A stretch of DNA of 64,000 nucleotides from Phoronis australis (taxonomy: Eukaryota > Animalia > Phoronida): assembly GCA_002633005.1 (NCBI GenBank), contig NMRA01000332.1, forward strand, positions 135,121-199,120, read 5' to 3'. The notes beneath the pieces were generated by a model. It was not told the origin of the DNA, ran no database searches, and saw nothing but the letters and a program-made list of their open reading frames with translations. Positions 52,101 through 61,100 of this stretch are shown here, one piece after another. Numbering within the stretch: position 1 is the stretch's first letter; every line of letters starts with the position of its first letter. Both the position numbers and the translations under genes were made by a program.

Positions 52101-55100
52101 TTTCCTACGCATTTGTTTGCATCGTCTCACTTATCAATCATCTGGCTGTCGATTACGAGATAGCTAAAGAAAACCCCGTAAGTTATTCTAGCTCAGGGGT
52201 CGGAAAGCTATGACCCGTTAGCCTCACTATGTATTTTGTATGAAGTTATTTTGTTGAATGGAATGTGCAAGGAAAAAGGCTACATTCGTCAGCAGAGATC
52301 AACTTTGTAAAATGACAAAGTACAATAAGTTGACTGATATAAAACCACATTAATTTTTGTTATCCTTTATGATTACACAACCTTATTATGTACCCAATAA
52401 TGTCCAGGTGGTCGTAACCGCGTGGTTGCGTTTTTTTCTTAAAAATCTTGGTTTCCTCGGAGATCGCCGTATTTTCTGCGAACAAGAGTATTTTGTTGCA
52501 CGAAATTAGCAAACTCGTGTTTCTTTATTCTATTAGGTACAGAAGCGAGGCTGTGATTTTCTTAAAAGGCTCTCTAGCTTCAAAGCACAACTTTCGCGTT
52601 GTTTTCAAGGAATGTTGATGTTTACTTCTTTGACAGCGGAGTTCTCGGGCTAAAGAAAGAGCTTTTTAAAATGAAAATCCAATACACGCTTTTGTAACTA
52701 GTATTATAAAGAAACAGAATTTGACAGTTTCATGAGGGAATTGCAGCTATCTGCACAATAATCAGAATTTAAAAAAAAAATAAAAAAGCACATAATTGTA
52801 GTGATCTCCGAATATTATCGCCGTGTGTAAATAACAAGATCCTGTGATCGTCAAAGATTTTGAAATATGTAGTTTCATATTCTACAGTTATTGCTAACAA
52901 TTACTTAAGACGTTAGATCCCGTGTAACGAGGGTGTGTAGCCTATTAACTTCATAATACTTACAATTTGCTAAATGCACGACACTTTTCATTGTTTACAG
53001 TCTATTCCGTTACGTTCGTACTTTCGGAACAAAACTCTACTCTCAACTGAACATAGATACAGTAACTGACCTTGCGACATAATTAAAAGACACACGATAT
53101 TTCGAAACTATACTTGTTTCATTCTGAAGTGCAGGTAAAATGACGCAGAAATGCCACCACAGAGTATAAGCTGACGACACACACAGTGAGACACGGCAGG
53201 TGTGAAATACAGCAAAGAATGACTAATGAAGGGGGGTAACAGGAAAGTCATGCAAACAAGTGTAACGTGCGGCGCGAACCTGTTTGCTGCTCATTCAAAA
53301 CAGGCTTCTCAAAAGCAATTAAAGGGGACTCTAATACTTTCAAACACAGCACATCTTGCTCCACGTAGCGAATCGACGTGTTTTCCACAATTTCTTGACG
53401 GATAATTTTACGTGCGTGGCATTGCAGAAAATGATCTTGAATGGCGCCATTTTGAAGATGCATGGATAACCGACGGGAAAGACTGCAAACCGTTTGACCA
53501 ATGTAACATTGTTTGACGTTTGAACGAAGACATTCGTTCATAGGGCATACAAACTCATAAACAACACTACACTGTGCAACGGGGAGGACTTTCGCCTAAA
53601 AAAATATATTTTATGACCAAGTTGGAGGACTTCCTATTTCGATAATAAATAATAACATCGAGGTAATCATCAGGCTTACAAACTTTGACATTTTTCCGAA
53701 AGTACGAACGTAACGGAATAAAGACTGTGAACAATGAAAAGTGTCGTGTATTTAACAAATTCTGTATAACCGAAAACTTGCTCCCGAAGTACAGTCAATA
53801 CTTACAATTATGAAACAATTACAATAATGCACATACGTTTGTCTGTTTTATAGGGCTGGTGTCAGGCTGTTCATGTCTTGTGGGTCTATTTCACACAGTG
53901 CAACTATTTTTGGATGTTTGCTGAAGGAATCTATTTGCACACGTCTCTGCTATTTACATTCGTTTCAAGCAAGAAAATACTTTTTGTTTGCTACGGCATT
54001 GGATGGGGTAAGTTTTCTGGTAGCCTAAGGACAGGGTTTTACTCGAGATCACTCGTTTTGGGGACTTGGAATGTACAAAGAAATGACCCCTTGAATGGTA
54101 ATCGAACGGTCAACTCAAGTTGTCGATCACTGAAGAAATTGTGCCTACGTGTAACTGAAGCATCATTAAAAGCTGATACAAACCTGGCATCCGCTGAAAG
54201 CAACAATTTTAAATTAATCGGCCTCCATTCCTTATTCGAATCAGCGGTGATTTATGGACTTGCTAATACTGGTAGTGAGTTCGTTTCTGTTTAAAATTCT
54301 TAACACCACCATTTACTTTGGTTTGACAAGTGACTACACTGTCATCACCATTAATCCTTGCTTTGTAGCACCAGTTGCATTTGACTATCGTGAATTCAGT
54401 ATCCCAAAAAATAAAGAAAATAGAAGAAAAGCTAAATTAATTGAAAGTTGCTTAGCTCCACGGACACGATTGCCACGTATGAACGTAGTGTCAGTGCGTC
54501 ATATCTATCAACACTCGAATTTCTTGTACAAACTTGTGCTTTATCCGCGTTTCTCCGATTTCCCGTGGAAACTCAGTGAAGAGCCACAGCGTTGTCAAAT
54601 ACTAAATTGGAGCCTCAAGCACCACAAACGCAACGTTTAGCCATTCCTGATTGTACCATAAACCAAGGGGAAAACGAGCAGCAATGCCTAAATACAATGT
54701 GGATGACTAGAGTGCTGTGATTGGTTGTACCACTTTTACGTAGTATGTGTTGACCAATAAATCCTCGTAACTCCAGATCAGTTTGCGGCTGTTCTAACAT
54801 GACATCTGGTCGATTGATGGGGTTGTTTAGGGTTGTTTTTGAAAGTAAATTGGTGACTTTAAGCACTTTAAGAAAAGGCTCATCAAATTCATCGGGAGGA
54901 GTAGAAGGTATCACCTCTCTCCGGCAAGACTAAAATTAAAAAAGATGTCACTGTAGGCTTGTAACGGTGGGTCATTTTATACCCCGAGCATTGTCTCTAG
55001 TAGAATTCCCAATCCTTTTCAAACTCAGAAACAATTAACTTCTCATAAGGAACAAGCAGAGAGTAAAGCAGAAAGTTGTCCAAATGAGTTCGTTCCAGTA

Positions 55101-58100
55101 AACCGCAAATAATTCCCACAGGGTTAGGTTATTATACACATAAACCGAAAGAAGAACCCGGGCCGACGTATAATATTTTAGCGCTGTGAGAACATGAAAT
55201 TGACTTCTGCTTGATCGAGTCTCAAACTCCGAAAGGCGTACAGACCTACGTTAGTTTTAAAGAAAATATAGACATTGACGAAACTCGGTGCACAAAATTG
55301 CGATTTAATATTCATTTATTTTCGACTAGAATCCAAATCTCAACTTACTGCTTATCCATTACATAAATAAACAATCAGCGGCTAGGCACAATGACGTTAC
55401 AGCAAACTCTCTCAAAAGTTTGTCAGCAACGTTACTTTAATGCGATGAAGATTCGACTAAGTTGCTCAATACTTCTGGCGAGATGTTTCTCAAGTCTGGT
55501 AAAGTTTCGTCGAAGTCTGTTGTGAGAAAAGCAAGATCGTGCAAGACCTAGCAAAATCACGCCAGTGAAAGACGAATGTTTCACGAATAACTTGAGCTCC
55601 GAACAAGCCCAAGCAAAATGGCGGCCACTGAAGTGATCAGTCGGCGAGGTTGGAGTGTTGAATTGTGGGACTGAATTCACTGTTTCCTTTCCATAAGAAA
55701 AGATTTTTCGACGCAAGTGCAAGCTAATGTCTTGCGGTCTCCAGCACGCAGCGCAGGTCAAAGACAAGAAGCTGCGTCGTATTGAGGAAGAAATCTTTTT
55801 CATTCAAGGACATTTCGCAACGTTGGCTTTTTGTACGTGTTAGTCATTTTAATATCATGTACATTGATTTGACACTCACTTATTCAGGCGCAAAATATGT
55901 ACGCACGTCATCACTCTCTAGCGACACTGATACCATTACAGAGAAAATGGTTATTTTGATTTATTTTGAATTTTGTTTTCAAAAGAGGAACGGGATGTGC
56001 GTTTTTGAATACGCAAGACATTCGCAAGGAAATGTGATAACGAACCCGAAAAGAACGCTTCCCCTACTGTCGCTGTTGATAATGAGGTGGTAGGAATGTT
56101 GGTGTGTGACTTACGTGGCAAGCCAACCTATGGCGCCAGTAGTCATGTCAAGGGCTAAAAATAAGTCTACTGCTATTGTATAATTTGTGTATTTGTTGAC
56201 TGTATTTCTGAGCTAACTTTCTTCCCCAGTCACCGTCAGTGACCGTGTCACAAAATTGATTCTGTAGACGCACTAACTTAAACACGACCTCACGCGCGAA
56301 GCCGAAATCGCGTTGTGTTTTGAGTAAAGGTTACGCTTGGTGGTTAAGCAGACACTACAAGGGATTTTCAGAAACTTGTTTCAATTTATGTATTCAATAT
56401 CGTCATTTGCACTCAGAGAGCACTCTTATTTACAAACTTCCTTCAAATACCGAAAAAATGTTTTTCAGGGATTCCGCTCCTTGTAACAGTCCCCTACATT
56501 GGTCTCAGGGTTGTTGATCCCAACGCAACGATAATGTAAGTAGTCCGGTTTGCTTCGACACTGCTGTTGCCCGTTATGCTATTTCGAAGCCCGCAAATCG
56601 TCGAATTCAACATGAAATGACCTACGGAGTATATCTGATCACAATATGGTGTTTTATGATTATACGGAGCACAACTTTGGATACGTTTCAGAGAGTGACA
56701 TGTTACAGACGGTTTTCGTCACCTTCATTGTCAGTACCACTAACCCAATAAAAGCGATCATCTGATAGGTCCTTATTAGTCTTGGGGCTGACAGCTTGGC
56801 TCGGAAGCAGTCAATATTGCAAATAGGCTGGCAGAGAGTCTGGCAATGCATCTTGCTATAGCACTAGGACGAAGTACATATAGTTGGGCTGCACTTAATG
56901 ACCCATTCCGCACCGGATCTTTTACTTGTAATTCCGCTTGGGGTTTCCATGGTTGAGAGCTTACAATCTGGATATCGACCTCATGAGTTTGGAAAGATTC
57001 AATCAGTGATGAGGTCATGTAAGCAAATATAGTATACTGTTCAAATTAGTGTTAATTTGAGTACCATCATCTCAGAAATGGCGGATGGGAAACACTAATC
57101 ACGAATTGTTTCTAACTGAAAACGTTCCACTTTTGTACGAGTGGATAAAAAATGAGACATTGAGAGTTTTTACGAAAAATTTTAAAGACAAAATCGAAGT
57201 GACAAGTTATTTTTTAGAGGACTTGAGATGGCTACTAAGTGGGAAACGTTAACTTTACTTTAACTGGAGGTCTCGACACCAACGAGACGCGAGACTCAAA
57301 GACAATTTCGAAATTGTATGTTGTCATAGAAAAATATCCATGGTTAGAGGCCAACAGTAGCACGTAAACGAACAAGAGAATTGAAATCTGAGAGAAAATA
57401 AGACTGATCGGCATAGCATTATTCATCGTAAATGGCAGGATCATTGTTTAGTAATCTCGAGTCCATCCTCACTATTAGTTCGAGAATGTTGATCCGGGAA
57501 AATTAACGTTTACTCCGATGACGTCAATCAATAGAAATGGTAAGTGGAGTTGCGGTTGAGTTGCGATAGACCGGAGTTCTCGAATGGAAAAGCGACGAAT
57601 CGGCGAAGAATTCTCGTTCGCTCACTCGCCCAAATTACGCTTGCTGCAATCACGAGGTCAAGAGATTAGACTTACATTTATTTTAGTGGCAACAATGTTT
57701 ATGCTCTTCCAAATGCGTAGACAATTAACTGAACCGCCACCAACAGGAAAATGGTCATAAAAAAGAGATGACTTTGTCTTGTTAAAGTTTTGCATGACGA
57801 ATCTGTGTATTTTGCCAAATGTCTACACACCTGAAGTTTTAAACCTACATGTAGTAACTGTGTATATTTTCTGAAAGGCAAAAGACTGTATATTTTGACA
57901 TTTGATTTTAAAACCAATACAGTACAGAAAGCATAAATTACGTGGAGTATCTTAAAGTTGCATGTGAATACGATCTGCCATTTGTGAGATATGATAATCC
58001 GAATTTGGCCAAATTTGGTTATTTCCCTTTCATCTTACATATTTAACCTTAATCAGAAGAATTTGCAAACAGCCCCTCAGGTAGACAGAGTTCGTTGAAC

Positions 58101-61100
58101 ACACAACAATGTTCACGATAAGAAATTTTCAATATTGGCTCGAACTCTCTGTATCTTGATGGTCGTTTTAGTGCAACAAAACAGACGGTCTAGAGACGTA
58201 AGAAAACTAACGATTACACTGTAAAACGATTGCTATATTTCGAGATTGTTTTGTCTCATCATCAGACATAAGTAAAATGGCACAAGGTTACAAGAAGTGA
58301 CGTGACTCGCGCAGATGTAAGCCGAAGCCAGTAGGATTTTATATACAAATTACTAGCAAACCAGAGCCAGCGTGCGGGGCACCTGTGTGAGCTGCTCGTT
58401 CAACACAGGTTTTCTCAACTAATCGTCAAAGACTCCAATATCTTCAACCTGTGGGTGCCATGTTCCACAAGCCGAATTACTGTTTTGGCCTCTTGGCTAC
58501 TAATTTTACGACCATGGCCGCGCGTTAGAAATGGATTTGCATCAACAGCTCTGCAAAATATTGAATGGATAAGTGCTCTCTAAATTATTAAACGTAAATA
58601 TTGTTGAATGTTCAACAAATTTTGCTTAACTTCAGTGACTGACCTTCACGAAAGTAGCTGTCGGGCGAGACAATATGGTTGTCAAGCTGCTACGAAATTT
58701 TGATGCACTTAAAGTAAACGAACTACATGTATCTGCGGTTTGTACCATTTCCACTAAAGCCTACATCAACCAATGTACATGCGAGGTCCAGATGCCTCGG
58801 CCACTGTTAAGCGCCATGAAACACCGAACCGGAAGTGTCTGGACTTAATTTCGGTCAGCGATAATCACTCAAACTGTGTTTACAGAGTTAATAGAGCTTC
58901 GTGAGCAGGGTCATAAAATGCACAACCTGCTCATGAAAGTATAGAACTGTTGCTTGAAAACCTACACATTTTCAATAATTCATGATTCCATAACTACCTA
59001 GAACATACATATAAAAAGTAACCGACACCGGTGTTTGAATCATGAAAATTGGTTCACTACAACTGGGATTACGCACCTCGAAATTGAATTGAATTCTGAT
59101 CAGCTTGCTTGACTGATAAGAAAAGCAGTTCACGCTCAGTTATCTTTACCTGCTTGCACTTTTGCTATAAGCATTTTTTACGCAAATGATATGGAAAAAA
59201 GCGGCCTGGACTTGCTGGATAATGAATCGATACAAGCGAGTTTTTCAAAAAACATGTATAACGTGGGTTGCATCCCATTTTACTGTAGAGGCTGAGTAAC
59301 AGATTTCCATTTTCAGGTGCTGGATGGGGACGCACCACTGGCAGTTTCTAATTGTTGCAATACCACCCACGCTGACTGTTGTTGTAAGTTACACTTTACC
59401 GTCAGAATATTATTAGCAAATTAAAGCTGGTGTGATTAAGTACGGGGGACATTACAGATGACCAAGGGGGCGACCGCGTTGAATTGATGGCGACCTGGGG
59501 AAAAGGGAAGGTGGGCGGAGCGGGAAAAAGGAAGGGATGGACAACGTTATCCTTAGCCCCAAGTGACCATTATCCTAAGTACTCCATAGTCCCCATTGAA
59601 TACGCTCGGATATCCCATAAACACCTCGTATACGAGACTCAGAATTGGCAGCCAAATTTTAGCAGGTTTGATGAAGTAGACGCTCCGCCAATATAGTACT
59701 GAAGAGCAACCTACCCTGACTATGCCAGGCAAAAGTATGGTAACATAAAGGCCAAAAGGTTCACTTTTTCATATCCAAGGTGCTTTGCATGCTCTAGGAG
59801 ATAAACGCGCTGGCGCTGGCCTGCAAAGTGATTGTTGGACACTACCGTTGTCACACTAGCGCCACCTTGAGATTTTCAGTGGCAGCGTATTTTGAAATGT
59901 AATATGGCTGCGCTCACTTTTCATCGTTGAAAATGTTTTTCATAAATTCCTCGTAATGTCTGATTAGACGTTAAAGTTATGAATTTTTATACCACTTTTA
60001 TCCCATATATATGAAACTACGGGTATTGGATACAACATGATATTTACTGTGAAGTACTGGAAAGTGGAGACAAACACTATATAACGGGGGAGGCCGTATT
60101 TCGAGGTTTGTGTGCAATCTCCCGGTGGAGTAAATTCGCGCGTACGTTGCCAAATTTTATTGGTCTCGTCTGTTTGGGTTACCTAAAACATTGATCCAAG
60201 GGGTCGTTCCTGAAAACCCAGTTTTACTGCTCTAAAAACTATAAACTTTCTATTTTAGGCCTCGCTAGCTTCAATCTGGGTCATATGATAAATGAGTCCA
60301 GCACGTACAGTGTAGCGTCTCTAACGAAATCGGGCAAAATCTAATTCAAATCAAACGAAAACGTTTGTTATGGAAGCATACAGTTTATCTACCAAGAGAA
60401 CTAAGATTTTTACAAGAAACTGCGACCTAATATCGAGGATGTGTATATCTACCCAGAGAACTAAGATTTTACACGAAACTGCGACCCAATTTCGAGGACA
60501 TTTTTTTTACCTGCCTCTAGTCGCAGCGTTCCTCGACTCTGCTCTGTGCGATACAGTCCTTACCTCAAGGTCTGCTAATCAGCACAGTTTCCACCGTTAT
60601 TTTTGCTGTGATCAACACGGATGAAATATTTCTATTCCAGAAGCACGAAAGTCTAGACCCAGAAAACTAAGAAACTCATTGAATTCATTTCATCACCAGG
60701 TGAAATGAATTCTCGAAAGGATATGGCAGTAGTGTTCCCATGTGTGTAGGATAACCTACATGTATATGTATGCCGAACCAAAATATACTATGTCAGAAAT
60801 GCAAATCCTAGATGGCGGCTAGTTATTTTAATGAAAACAATGGATATCTAGCCTAATTTTGATGAGCGCTTCAAAATTGACTAGGGCACCAATTTTCGTG
60901 ACTTTATTGAACAGTTCAGTCATTAACCGCTTTTATAACATGTATACATGTGGACACATTCTGCGTCGTGTCTGGTGTCCGCTGCTTTATCACTAAAACG
61001 TGTTGGAGGCATGTTCATCTTGGGGAAGGAGCGAACTTTCCGACGGATTCAACATGCTCCATGCCCTTTGCGGATACTTTGGGTTCTTACGTTAGTAACT

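Noticed and set aside
54008-54294. ORF-track extension of the TM3 exon to 138 aa
   Set aside because: This is read-through past the GWG|gtaagt donor into the intron; family similarity stops at the donor.
54260-54410. Minus-strand ARINGDDSVV resembling RdRp motif C (possible endogenous viral element)
   Set aside because: The frame is short and no motif A or B lies at the expected spacing; an isolated GDD is expected by chance.
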